DNA of 55,369 nucleotides, filler included, from Sphacelaria rigidula (lineage: Eukaryota): NCBI GenBank assembly GCA_964200075.2. It is 3 parts of 3 records of this genome, joined end to end, with 100 filler letters (N's around TTAATTAATTAA, not from the genome) between each part and the next. Parts side by side here need not be neighbours in the genome. Positions count along the whole stretch, not along the records: positions 18,494 to 36,883 come from CAXNAA020000869.1; positions 36,984 to 55,369 come from CAXNAA020000870.1; 1 more part is not named here. The stretch is one strand, 5' to 3'. A program made the position numbers and the translations under genes. Position 1 is the first letter of the stretch. Every line of letters begins with the position of its first letter. Below the pieces are notes generated by a model. The model saw nothing but the letters and a program-made list of their open reading frames with translations. It was not told the DNA's origin and did not search any database. Shown here in pieces: positions 24,498 through 37,340 of this stretch.

Positions 24498-25856
24498 TAC
24501 AGCATATAATAGCAGAAATTTCAAGCTAGTGAACATCGCAGGCCCTTACCTCTCAGCCTTGTCCAATCTCCACGGGAATCGCGGAGAGGTCATCATGTCG
24601 GATCATGGGCGGATTTTACAGACTTGCCCATGGTGACACCAGATATCCGTACTACTTCAACCAACTGCAGCTTTGTCCAAAGGCAGTGAAGGAGACCCTG
24701 AACGTTCACTTCACGATGTTGAATAGCACCGGATATTGTATGTGGGTTGGTACGCCAGTCGCCCATAGTTCGCAGTGAAGGACGATAGTGTATTGGCGGA
24801 GAAATACGCGCGCTCAAGGGCTACATTTCGCTGAACTCTTCTTATTGTACAGCAGTGCCTACTGCATGCGTTACGTTTTGGCTGACATGTATACATTCCA
24901 CTGATTAAGACCCGTCACACCTGCTGCTGTTTCGAAGCCGGTGTCAGACACGCCAATCCGCGCAACATTGTGACCGTTTGCGGTCGAAGTCACTGTGCCA
25001 CAAGAATGCGCCATTACTCAGCACTCCACGCCGACGAATCTACAGTGAAGACAGCAGAGCGTTGAGCACTCGTGCACACCTGCGATCGGAGAAGCGAAAA
25101 TCGACATTGCGAGATTGATAATGAGTCACCTCACCATTCTATGCCCACCGCTCTCCATTGAAATTTGGTCCAAAAGCTGGGGATGGTTAGCTCTTGTACC
25201 GCTGTACTTAGCAATCGCGGCACCAATGAGCGGAAGGCAACCACCAGTTTAAGATTGTATCACGTGCGGTCATGCGGAACGTTGACCGACTGTAGCGGTA
25301 GCCGCCTACAGGACGCTTGTGAAAGCTGTACATGTGATTCGACAGGCCATAAATATCGCCAATTGGTAGCTGAATCGGTGGCGTTACCAATGCCCACCGT
25401 TACTTTCCCCTCCTCTCTGAGCTTCCTCTCGAGCAAGCAACGTACCGATCCAAAGCACTAGAGTGCGTGTCGTATTGCTCGCTTGTCAACACCTCGAACC
25501 AACCCACACCAACAAGATATCAACATGCTGAAATCGTAGGAATGATACAACTCCCTGCGCACAGTTGCCTCCGGAAAATGCGGAATGTTCATGCGCACCC
25601 GCAGAAGTGGTCAATATTACGCCGCTAGCTGCCTGTTAGACCAGGCTTGGATTTGTGCATTACGTCGAACGCTACTCTCTATGAAACAGCACCAGCACGA
25701 TTGCGATCTGACCCTGCCTTCAGTCGCTTCTCAACGTAGCTCTTACTTCTTCTTTGTTCCCTCGGTGGGCCGACATATTCTAGAATAAACCGCGTATCGC
25801 GGAGATATTCCCGAGGTCTTGACCTTGATGAGATCAAGGCAGTTAACCCTTGTATA

Positions 25857-26712
25857 CGGGCTGGGCCAGCCTAAAAACGGCTTCAAGCTCTAAAAGCAAT
25901 ATCTCATCGACGTAGACGACTTAGGCCGCGATCCGCATATCGTATTAATCGTCTAATCAAGGGGAAGGTGCCCATCTGCTCAGAACTTTGGGCCCATATT
26001 GTCTCGTCGATTAAATCTCATGTCTAGTAATTCCTATACCTAAGGGAGATAGCGCCAATACTAAACTCTCTATGGAACTCCCGATCGATGCATTTAGCGG
26101 ATGGCGACGAATTTTGGTGTGGAGAACCACAAAAGAGTGCCGAATGAAAAAAACAAAAATGGGCCCTTCATTTTTTTTTTCACAGAGGTTGGAGCGTTCT
26201 CGTGAAATATGGTCTTTACGATAGTAGAATGCCCTAAACCAGTGAAAAAATGAAAAAAATCAACCTGACCCACTTTTTTTGTTCATTGTGCATTAGAGAG
26301 CGCCCGCACAAAATTTTAATACACGAAAACCAAACGTGGGTCGGTGAGTGGCCTGCGAAATACTGTTCCGGATTTCTACCGACCCGTTTTTTTAATAGGC
26401 CCATTCTTGTATATATATATATAGAGTTGGACCCTGAAATTTAGTGTGGACAATGAATAGGGCATAAAAAACAAAATACTGCGGTACCAAAATGTTTTCG
26501 TTTTTTTTCATGAGTTAAGGGCAATAATCGGTTTTCAGGTATCAGTAAAATGCCCCTAACTCATGAAAAAAAACGAAAACATTTTGGTACCGCCGTAATT
26601 TTTTTTGTAAGCCTTATGCATTGTTCATACCAAAATTCAGGGTCCAACTTCAAATGTATAGAAGAGAATGGGCCTGCAAACTTCAAATCCGCCTCTAGGC
26701 TGGCCCAGCTCG
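25857..26712. mobile_element. Non-autonomous DNA transposon, family TA-1 copy B
   Basis: TIR CGGGCTGGGCCAGCCTA / TAGGCTGGCCCAGCTCG with TA TSD. Collinear with 1136-2363 but about 370 bp shorter. Confidence 0.85.
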
Positions 26713-29039
26713 TACACACAAGGTGATACTCCAGTGCTCCCTGGTCGGGACAGACGGTAGTCACCACAGCGCCGAGTGTGCTGGTGTTGTTGCAGCTCTT
26801 TATTCGGATAATGGCCTCCATGTTCACAAGCATGAGGCATCTTGGTGCACCTTGCTACATATTCCAACTATAGGACAACTTTCCTGATGTCTCCCGCGCC
26901 GGCTTCCAAATACAAGCAAATAAGCGTGAAACAACCGCAGTTTAGGGACCAATACCCCTTACTACCATGTGCACATAGGTACCAACACCTCCAGCTCCTT
27001 CATATTCCAGGGAGAGTACTGGATTTACCAGTCACACTTACGCTGCTGGCGCAGAATATTGCAGTGTCATCAAGTGTACAGTCCACAGAACGATGCTGTA
27101 CCGGTGACGGCCCTGACGATGACATGGATACCTTTCAAAGCGTAGTCCTTGGTTGACTAAGCGCATACCTTGCCACGAGCTCGGCGGGGTGCCGCAGAAG
27201 CCGAAGCGATATCACAGGTGTTCGGTGCCAAATAACACGTCAAACGGGCTGCCTTCCGCACACTTGTTCGGCATATGACACTTTCATCTATCCTCCGATG
27301 CATTTGATAGGGATCGACCACAAAAGTTTACACTGTTGTTCGTTCGGCCCGGATGTTGAGCAGAAAAGGATTTTGCTGAAAAAGTTCAAACATAGAGAAC
27401 CGGTGCAATCCCTCGGAGGCGTACGATTGTCCAGCTGCCAGTGCTTGGTCTTCCTGAACGGCGATACACTCAGATTTTTAGGGGCTACGATACGCTGCAT
27501 TAACTCTTCCAGTGACGGAAATAAATACCTCTTCCAGCGACCCTTGCACGAATAGGGCACGTTACGGACTGGTGTACCAAAGCACGTGCAGACAGTGCTC
27601 TGCTGCTGCTCTTGCAGATATCAACAGATGCCGTTTTCTTCGCCAGCACAAACTGGGGGTACACTGCTAATGATGAACCCCAGAAGCTGTGGTAGCGACT
27701 GTTGCGTGCAATGCTCGAGAATGCGCTGTGAGGGTACCTTGATGCAGATCATGCGGGCATCGTTGCATCGCGGTTGGTGATACTCCAAAGGTTTCCACAC
27801 AATTAATCAACAAAGATATCCTCATTTGCCAGCACCTCCCTGGCTGGGTAGTTCAAAAGGCAGGTTTGCAATCCGGCTTTCATTACCGTCCAGATAAAGA
27901 GAACTCGAAACTCCAGTGCCGAAGACTGACGTTCGAAATACCTTCCACGTGGGTATCCTACACTCAGCGAAACAGGCCAACCGCTGGGCGATCCAGCCCT
28001 CCACTCGTTTCCTGAGCCCCTCAATTTTGCAGTGGCCGCCGGGTATGCCCAATATTCGCCAAGTGAAAGATTGCAAGTAGGGAGGCAATTCTGATGTTGA
28101 TATACATGATACGCCAGAACAACAATGGCGCTTTCCTGCAGTACAAAATGGGGTCTGTAGTACTGTCGATAATCAGAAGGTACTACGGTGTCCTGCAATT
28201 CCTCTCCTACTGATACATCAATTCGACGAACCATACATGAATCCAGGTCATGCGTCCTTTGGCCTCTTTCTTTCGTTTTGTCTTGTTTGGGTTCCCTCTT
28301 CCTGTACTGTCTCCTCGCCTGAAGCTCTGCGGCAGAGGGCAGCCATCGATTACGTTTTCATCGGGACCAGTATCAGATTTGTTTTGGCCTTCTTCTCTCC
28401 TCTTCGTTTCTCTATTTTGCCTTGTTTTGTTCATCACTTTTAGCTCGCTTGATTCTATTTCGCTTCATCTTTCCCCTATCTCGAGGTTTTTGTAGCGATG
28501 CACGATCCTTACGCAAGGCAAGAAGCTGTAACGCCTCGGGTGCGTTGTTCCTGTGCCAGAAAGCACGACTGTCATCGCGGGGGAGGCGTGGTACTGCGGG
28601 GCGAGCATACTTGTCTGTAATATAGGTTCGCAAAGTCCCTTTACCAAGAGGTCAGCATAAACAACACGTCGACCCAAGCACGAGAGCTTGCAATGTGAAC
28701 TGCCAACTCTACGAACCACGATCTTCCTCTTACGAGATGAGGATTTTCACATGCGTGGAGCTTGCGGCTAAGGCGCCATGTCCATATCTTGACACGAGGT
28801 ACAGTTACAGAGTCACTGGTTCGCCACGAACTGTACACCACTCTTTTACATCATTTCAAGGGAGAAACACAGAGTTCCTTCACCAGAACGTTTCTTTGTT
28901 TCTCGAGACCACCGCGGAGGAGACACACGATTAAACACATCCACTTGTCGTTAGGAACGACGAACGCTCAACGCCGTCGGCGAATCGGGGCCTCGAGCTG
29001 CTGTTCCAATCATGAACAAAATATCCCAGGTTGTGTGCT

Positions 29040-29453
29040 TGAGGGTACGGATATGTTCTGTATGGTACGGGATTCCTTAGATAACTTGAAGAAATATCGG
29101 GTACGGGTATGAATGTCATACAGAATTTACAAAATAATCGGGTGACGGTATGTATTACAGAAACTACAGAACTTGCCGGGTAGGGTATGGGAGGCTCACA
29201 GAGAACCGTACCGGCAACCGGGTATTTCTTCAAGGGTATACCCACGCCCCGGGTTAGGGTAGACATTATGTACATACCTCACAGGACGGTCGGGCAAGGG
29301 TATGTAGGTTGCCCAGAAAACTGGACTCGCAATCATATTTTGTCAAAAGTATAACTATGCCCCCCCTAACCGTACGGGGGGCTTACAGAACTCACGGAAC
29401 TATCGGGTAAGGGTATAAAAGAGTCAGAGGTTACAGAACTGTAGGGTACCGGT
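29040..29453. repeat. Degenerate ~35-40-bp tandem repeat patch (gggtacgggtatg...acagaactt-like)
   Basis: Recurring motifs cgggtacgggtatg, gggtagggtatg, gggtaagggtat and acagaac; one part is inverted (catacc, tacccacgccccggg). Confidence 0.6.
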
Positions 29454-30480
29454 TTGAGTACGGTGGTACTCAAGATAGTCGCGACTCGCCTTAGCGCTTA
29501 TTACGAGTGGAAGGGCATCCTCCCAGAAGCACAATGGGAATTCCGAACTGGCCGGTCCACAGTCGACATGATGGTTGTACGCAGACTCCAAGAGCTGGCC
29601 AGAGAGAAAAATCTTCCTCTGTGTATGTGCTTCATCGACCTCCAGAACGCATGCGACTCGGTGGACCGCTCTCTTCTCTGGAAAGTTCAAGCACGCTACG
29701 GTATCCCCGCCAAGGTAATTTCCATTATCCGCCGCTTCCACGACGGCATGCGGGCATGCGTACGCCTGGACAGCGGCGAGACGTCTCAGTGGCATCACGT
29801 GAACCAGGGCCTCCGCCAAGGGTGTGTGCTTTCCCCTGATCTGTTTAGCATCTTTTCCGCGGCGGTGCTGACGGTAACGTTCGACCGCTTCTCGGTCAAT
29901 AGAGCGGTGGTGCGAGACGTCATCCGCATCGCTGGAAGGGGCGGGAAGACCAAGGACGAAGTCAGCAAAGTGCTCTGTGCAATACGCCGACGACGCTGGC
30001 ATCGCTTCGCGGTCCCGGGTAAGCCTGGCGAAGCTCACGACGGCCCCCGTCGAAGTGTGTGCAGTATTCGGTCTCGTCGTCGCGGAGAAAAAGACGGTCA
30101 AGTGGCACATGCGCTCCCCGAACATGGAGAATCGAGGTGGAGGCAGCGGGCCAAAGAAACAAGCAATTTGAGTCGTTCCTCTACCTGGGTGGAAAGATCA
30201 GCAACATCGGTCATGTCACTCCCGAGACCCACAGCCGAATCGGCCAGGCCTGGACGTGCTTCTACAATCACAGCAAAGCGGTATACGAAAACCCGTGCAT
30301 CGCCCTCGACACCGAGGTTCGTCTCCTAAAGACTGAAGTGATCGAGGGAATGCTGAACGGCTGCGTGACCTGGACGATCGCACACGACGATTTCGGCGCG
30401 TTACGGAAGGCCCATCGAGGATTCCTGCTGAGGTGCCTCAATAAGCATACCTCATGCCGCAGCGCCTCATGCCGCGGGCC
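29454..30480 (+). mobile_element. RTE-clade non-LTR retrotransposon (LINE) reverse transcriptase, frameshifted relic
   Basis: Three overlapping frames give ILPEAQ.EFRTGRSTVDM, FIDL..A.DSVDR, QGLRQGCVLSPDLF, YADD, FLYLG and GCVTWT, typical RTE RT motifs; at least two frameshifts. Confidence 0.9.
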
Positions 30481-32236
30481 AACCCCAGGGTGTTGCGACA
30501 GACAGCTACTGCGGCAACATATATATCGCCTCCTACGAACCCAACGCGAAGCGCATTAGCCTGACAAAATGAGCAATTTATGTCACAGATTTAGGTGTTT
30601 CATACAAAACTCGTCAACGCAAAAGCTACAAAGTCTACTGGATCGAAAAAGATACATGCGTGCTTCAAAGACTATGAGAACTCCATCGCGAAAAGTTTGA
30701 CGGGATTTCAACCATGCTGTGCATTCAACGACGGGGCAGAGTTTGCCAACCATACACATTCCGGAACTCCGAAGCGTGCGATACAAAGATTTGGTACACA
30801 GCCCGCATCCGACAGTGACTGTACAGTTTTGTGGTAGCCCTCAAATATCAAGAGGAGAGTGGTCGACGACGTGCAAACTCCGAACAGGTACACGAAAGAC
30901 ATGAAACCTGTTCTGAGTACAAAATACAGCAAACTGTGAACCACAAGTGCAGCACGAGGCGCAGAGCTCACATTTGCCAGCAATGGCCATGTGACGGGAA
31001 ACCACCGTACCTGTTGTGTTGCTTTCAGGGGCTGTCTTGACACATATTTAGGGTTGCGAGAAGATGCGGCGAGACAAAGAAAAAAATAACACCGTGATGG
31101 ATCCACGTTGTTTCTGTTCATCATTCTTTCATAATCCTTTGCACCCCAACAGAAGTGTAAATGTTAGGGCTGTGAAGTGGAGCAGTTTGTACTGGCAGTT
31201 AAACTGTGACTGGACTTTAACTGGAACTGGTGATGAGGACTCCAGTTTATCCAGTTTATTTGAAGTTTGCCGTTACCGGCTACGTTGATACCATTTTTAG
31301 TATAGTGATTATATAACAAGGATGCTCACGTGATTACGAACAAACTGACACTAGGATTGGGGTCTGCACCTAACAGAGTACAGTACCGTACTCGTGGTAA
31401 CTACACCTAGAAGTGATATTGCGGATGTATGCCAGGTTTGTCGTTTCATAGCACGACATCTGGAATAAAAAAATAGTAAACAAACGGCAATCCGCTACCA
31501 CAAAATACAAAGTATACCATGGCTTGCAATTCAACTGCATGCGTGCTTGTGGGTCCCGACGTGAATCATTTTGCGCTTTTATCTCCGCGTGCTGCCAGCC
31601 TCGGTTTGTTTGCATCCTCCTCTCCTTACGGAGAGTCTGCTGCTGCATATTACAGATGAATGGTTTTCGAATCGCTCACCGTTTGAATGGGATTTGAATG
31701 TCATCCGAGAGTGCCCAACAAAAGAATTCGAGACCCTATGCCCCTTTTTCGAATTGTGGAGTTTTTTCTTGGGTGGGGGGGGGTGGGGTGGGGCTAATAA
31801 ATCTCATACATGAAAAAATGAGAGATAAAAACAAAGAAATAAATTGAAATGTATGTGAAAAAATCAAATTCGTGTTGATGAAGCTTCAATTCTTCGCATT
31901 CATTCGGAGCCAACTAAGGCCAAGTTATATTCATGGGTTTCGGCAATACGTTGCACATCACACTCTCAAGACAAGAAGACCAGACAAGTACCACAATGCT
32001 CTGCAATGTTTGCTCATGCTAAACGCATCTATCTGCACCGTCAATTTACGTCCAATGTGCGTCGCATCTTGTAGTGGCAGATGGGGCCAACAATAATGGG
32101 CGCCACCTCACCCAAGTCGGGCTCAAATGGCTATTTATTGAGTGTTTCTTGACGTGAAAAAAAAACTCCTGCGACCGCTGGAGGGGGGGGGGGGGGGGGG
32201 GGGGGGGTGCCCCAGGGTTAGGGGGGGGGAGGGGCT

Positions 32237-32246
32237 NNNNNNNNNN
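32237..32246. other. 10-N gap within a poly-G tract
   Basis: Ns flanked by long G runs; locally low-quality sequence. Confidence 0.9.
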
Positions 32247-32344
32247 GGGGGAAGGTGTGGGGAGGGGGTGGGGGGGGGGGGGCGGCGTCGAGGCGGAGCG
32301 GAGGAGGATGGGGGGGGGGCATTGCTGTGTCATCCAGAAATTTT

Positions 32345-32968
32345 TAGGGCTGTGAACTGGAGCAGTTTGTACTGGCAGTTAAACTGTGACTGGAGTTTAA
32401 CTGGAACTGGTAATGAGGACTCCAGTTTATCCAGTTTTTTTCAAGCTTGCCGTTACCGGCTATGCTTATACCATTTTTAGTATGGTTCGTTTAGAACAAA
32501 GATGCTTACATGATTACGGACAAAATGACAGTAGGATTGGGGTCTGCACCGGACAGCAGTACAGGAACTCGCAGTACAGTACAGTAATAGTGGTCACTAA
32601 ACCTTGAGGTGACTTTGCGGATATATGCCAGGTTTGTCGTTTCATAGCATAACATACATCTGGAATAAAAAATAGTAAACGAACGGTAGTCCGCGACCAC
32701 AAAATACAAAGTACACCATGGCTTGCAATTCAACTGCATGCGTGCTTGTGGGTCCCGACGTGAATCATTTTGCGCTTTTATCCCCGCGTGCTGCCAGCCT
32801 CGGCTTGTTTGCATTCTTCCCTCCTCACGGAGAGTCTGCTGCTACATATTACAGATGCATGGTTTTCGAATCGCTCACCGCTTTGAATGGGATTTGAATA
32901 TCATCCGAGATTGCCCCCCCCAAAAACAATCCGAGACCCTATGCCCCGTTTTTGAATTCTGGAGTCTT

Positions 32969-33027
<59 letters not shown>

Positions 33028-33740
33028 AAATCTTATACATAGTATAAAATTATGAAAAATAAAATAAATAAAATAAATAATAAAAATAAAATAAATAATA
33101 AAAATAAAACAAATAGTACATAAAAAATTAAAATTCGTGTTCATGGAGCTTTAATTTTTCGCATACCTTCGGAGCCAAGTAAGGCCAAGTTATATTTATG
33201 GGTTTCGGCAATACGTTGCATATCACACTCCCACGACAAGAACAAGACCAGACTAGTACCACAATGTTCTGCAATGCTTGCTCAATCAAGCTAGACGCAA
33301 CTATCTGCACCGTCAATTTGTGCCCAATGTGCGTCGCATCTCGTGGTGGCAGATAGGGCCAACAATCGTGGGCGCTACCTCACCCAAGTCGCCCCAAAAT
33401 GGCGATTTATTGAGTGTTTCTCAATGTGAAGAAAAACAAAATCCTGCGACCGCCGAGGGGGGGGAACGTGCACAGGATCTCGGAGGGTTTTTCGTCGGGC
33501 ACTCCTTTGTCATCCAAGACTTCAAGCTCCTCAATGTGAGGGGTCACATTTTCTACATTTCTCCACATTTTTGAAGGAGAAACAAGCCAAATACCGCAAA
33601 ATTTCTCGCTTCCGGCAGCGCTCCCGCGGGGCCCCCTCACCAGCCGGGGGGGCCCGTTGAACTGGAAAACAATCGATGTACTGGCCGCGCCAGCGGTCAG
33701 TTTGAACTTAAGTGGCCAGAGCAGCCAGTTCACAGCCCTG
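32345..33740 (+). mobile_element. hAT-type non-autonomous element, inner copy nested in the same family
   Basis: TIR TAGGGCTGTGAACTGG / CCAGTTCACAGCCCTG; 8-bp TSD GAAATTTT / GAAAATTT (one mismatch). Homologous along its length to the outer copy; contains (GT)n at ~32972-33023 and (AAAAT)n at ~33056-33110. Confidence 0.85.
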
Positions 33741-36700
33741 GAAAATTTAGCTCCTCAATGTCATGGGTCACATTTTCTACAAATTTCCACATTATTGAAG
33801 GAAAAAACGAGCCAAACAAGACAATTTCTCTGCGGCGGCGCTCCCGCGGGGCCCCCTCACCAGCCGGGGGAGTGGCGTTTGCGGCTCGCGGCTTTCGCCG
33901 ATTAACTGGAAAGCAATCGATGTAAAGGCCGCTGGCGCGGCCAGTTTAAACCTGATTGGCCAGAGCATCCAGTTCATAGCCCTAGTAAATGTAGAACTTT
34001 TGAGCTTTTACGGTTAACACATAGACCGCGATGCGGGTAGTCCATCAGGATCGCGCATACTTTTCCCCAGTGGAATAGATGCCGATTCAGCAGGTGACCT
34101 ACCCTCGAGGTCAAAGGGTAAAAAAAGGCAGCGGGATTATATGCCAATCTGAGGACAGTCCGCGTTTTGTCACCTCGTGGTAATGCGCAACCATTGAAAA
34201 CGTGTGCTCCATATTTCAAGGCATGCCCCCCCCCATCTACAGGCACCAACACCTTTACAGATAACCATAGTCCACCGCGGTATGAGGTAACGCGCTTCAG
34301 TGGCGTTGGTGCCATATCGGGCGGGCAGCAGTACCAAGATTAGGCGTGAACTATGCTACTTCATGATTTAATGACTCGTCAATTCGGCTGAAGCAGCTGT
34401 CCCCAAACGGATAACGCCGCTGCAGTTCCCGACTGATCGGTATACAATCAAGCACACAATGAATCCGCTGAATGAGAGGTACTATACGCCCCGGACTATC
34501 GAGTTTTGTGTTGCGCGCTGTGTACCTCGTGATCGACGTGTGGACAGCTTCAAGGTCAGGGGTGATACTTGCTGTGGGTCGGAACGTCAATGTCAGTTTC
34601 GCGCTGCGCGTTTGGGATAAAGCTGAATCCAAAACGATTGACAACTACGACCAGCAGTCATACCGCGTCTTCTCACTTGACCTCGTTGTTTCATGAGACA
34701 GTCACTCACTGGTCGTTTCGGCCGCATCTTTTCTGCTCCACCAGCGTGCCCGCAGTTGACACTATTTCTCCTCCACGGTACCAACTGAGAAGAATCAACA
34801 TGCGCTGTGTAGCTGAGACACATAACTACAAAAGCCTTCCAGTGCTCTGATGTACATGTGCAGTGAATAAATAGTTAGGGGTGGAGTCGAAAGCATCGCC
34901 AGCAAATACGGTACGCTTTCTGCAGTAACGGGCACAACGTTTGGGCTCAAACGACAGTCGCCAGCCAGCACTGTCTAACTGTGCAAAGGCGCGCCGCCTT
35001 TTTCCGTACAGCGGTAGTTGTTCGCCGTCACATCTTGAAGCAGTTCAATCGGAGAAGGACTTCAGGCCTGTACAAGTAACCGATATGGTGTTGGTCCTTT
35101 CAAAGAGACATGCATGGACAATTTGTGCGCTGTAGTGGGTGGACTTGGGCCAGAGCTCGTTGATGACGTACCTTGACAGATTCGCTGTACGTGTTCCCCG
35201 GTATACTGGTGATGGAATGGTCGGTCGAGTTTGTTGACTACGCCGTGTTTTCGTATTCAGACGTGGTTTTCTAACGTGACCTTGATTTCCGGCACAACGC
35301 TGAAAAGATACTGCCTAAACCCCCGGTGATGCATGACTTTGAAGATAGACGTCGGGGCTACATGGTACAAGCTACATGAATACAGTGTTTGATCGACGGA
35401 CGATAGATTATGAAGGTCCATATCCATGGTCTCGGCTTCCACAACTAGTGGATACAAGTGCGACATGGTGAAGAAGGAACAACAGCATGCTCGGCTTTAC
35501 CCCTCCTCTCCGGTTTCCCGATTTGACGGTTTTGGGGATATGGCTCCTGAAAAGTATGCCCATATGCTCCCTGGACTCAAGCGAAACTTTCTCGGTGTTA
35601 CGAAAGACAATGAATACCCTACCCCCCTGACGAACAGGCAATAGGATATCAGTACCGCACGAAAGCGGCTTCGCACCTGCATTACCCATACTCGCTCCTC
35701 GAAGCCACTTCACAGCTGACACTCAAAATATGCCGTGTATATACGGTTCTACGCGGGTGTGTGGGACGCATGTTCACAACCTCCTCGAGAAGCGAACGAC
35801 TGACGGTATGGGTCGTTTAGGCTGCGTCTCAGCGAGACAAAGAAAAAAAGCAAGCAAACAGAAGCGAGTCAAAAGAAGCAAGCAGAAGAGGCATCTTGAT
35901 TGATTGGTCGCTGCGATACCGCACCCCCCAAAAAAATATAGCGACGGGCGGTTCATTTCCATGAATAATATTGTTTATTTTTCAGGTTATTCGCTCAGAC
36001 GACTTAAAATTGTTCGCCATGAAGGGCAACATGAACCAGCGGTGAACAATACATTTGCTGTGATGAACAGGTACAAACCTGTCACACAGCCCGGACCTGA
36101 GGTACAAGGTGGTACGTATCAGCTTGTGATATCGCTGATCCCGGATTGACAATGATTAGCTCGATCCATACCAAATGCCATGTGCGACGTTTTTGGTGGG
36201 GGGAAACAGGTTTCAAGCTGAATGAGACATGACGATTTCTGTCAGATGGGCGCTGCATATAGCAGTCATCTTTCAGACAAAACGTGGTTGATTGACAGCG
36301 AATTTTCAACGTTTTTTCTGTTACCACGACACATCACGGTTTCTGTTTGATCTCAAACGTTTGGAATCGAAAAACATGACCATCCGACACAAGTTTCGAG
36401 AAAAAAAAAGGTGATCCACGACTATTTAACTTCTGATCGAGACACCGGCTCGCCGGTCTTTCGGGGTCGCTATGATGAACAATTTCACGCCATAACCCTT
36501 AGGCAGCCACCCTCTCGCAGGAAGACTGAGTAAAATTATAGATTGCTCTGCTTCGCATCGCGCTTCCAATTTTCTCATCCTTTCTTAGATTGGAATGGAA
36601 TGGAAAAGGGACAGAACAGACAGACGCCCTCACAGTGTTGTTCCTTTTCGATACTGTAATATGGAAGCTTTGATCACGGTGAGGTGTACGTTCTACTAGT

Positions 36701-36883
36701 TGAAGTCATACTTCGCAGTTTCAATTATCTCGAGCTCAGACAGGAGGTCATCGTGGGAAGAGGGTTGGGCACTGACAGCTTCAACAGCTCGCTTCACGGG
36801 CGATGCCGCACATGGGAGAAAGCAGCATAATGCATGACAATCATCACGGCACACGTTGCAAGCGTTTTTTGCTGAAAAGATTC

Positions 36884-36983
36884 NNNNNNNNNNNNNNNNN
36901 NNNNNNNNNNNNNNNNNNNNNNNNNNNTTAATTAATTAANNNNNNNNNNNNNNNNNNNNNNNNNNNNNNNNNNNNNNNNNNNN
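36884..36983. other. Assembly spacer (100 bp) with artificial TTAATTAATTAA linker
   Basis: Same structure as 18394-18493. Confidence 0.95.
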
Positions 36984-37340
36984 GTGTTCTTCCTCGTCTA
37001 CTTTGCGTCTGAGCGCTCCTTTTCCCCATATTTCGATCATATCTCTTACTTTGGGAAGGGGGGGCTATCGTGGCATTACTCAACTCAAAATGGGGGTATA
37101 CACTGGCCTACAAGGCTTGAATTGCTCCCGAACCAAGCTGACAATCCACCCTTGTGATGAGTGCGTGTGAATCATCTCGTGCTTCATTCGGCCAACGGAA
37201 AAACAGTACGACAAGCAGGGCCAACCTTCACACGGATCTCCACGTGATGGAGAATTCAGCGGCTCAGATTTGAGAGTTGCCCTTTCAAATTTGGTATGGA
37301 GCATGGCAGGGGCATCGAAAAAACAACTTTGAACAGCGGA

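Larger units (their letters stand above)
31165..33984 (+). mobile_element. hAT-type non-autonomous element, outer copy
   Basis: TIR TAGGGCTGTGAAGTGG / CCAGTTCATAGCCCTA, perfect 8-bp TSD GTAAATGT (31157-31164 and 33985-33992), and subterminal clusters of ACTGG/CCAGT motifs. Confidence 0.9.

Noticed and set aside
29424-30125. 233-aa minus-strand ORF
   Set aside because: Antisense shadow of the GC-rich RTE reverse transcriptase.
32165-32320. Gly-rich/Pro-rich ORFs and G-quadruplex-like tracts
   Set aside because: Poly-G low-quality sequence around an N gap; the homologous region of the inner hAT copy has much shorter G runs.
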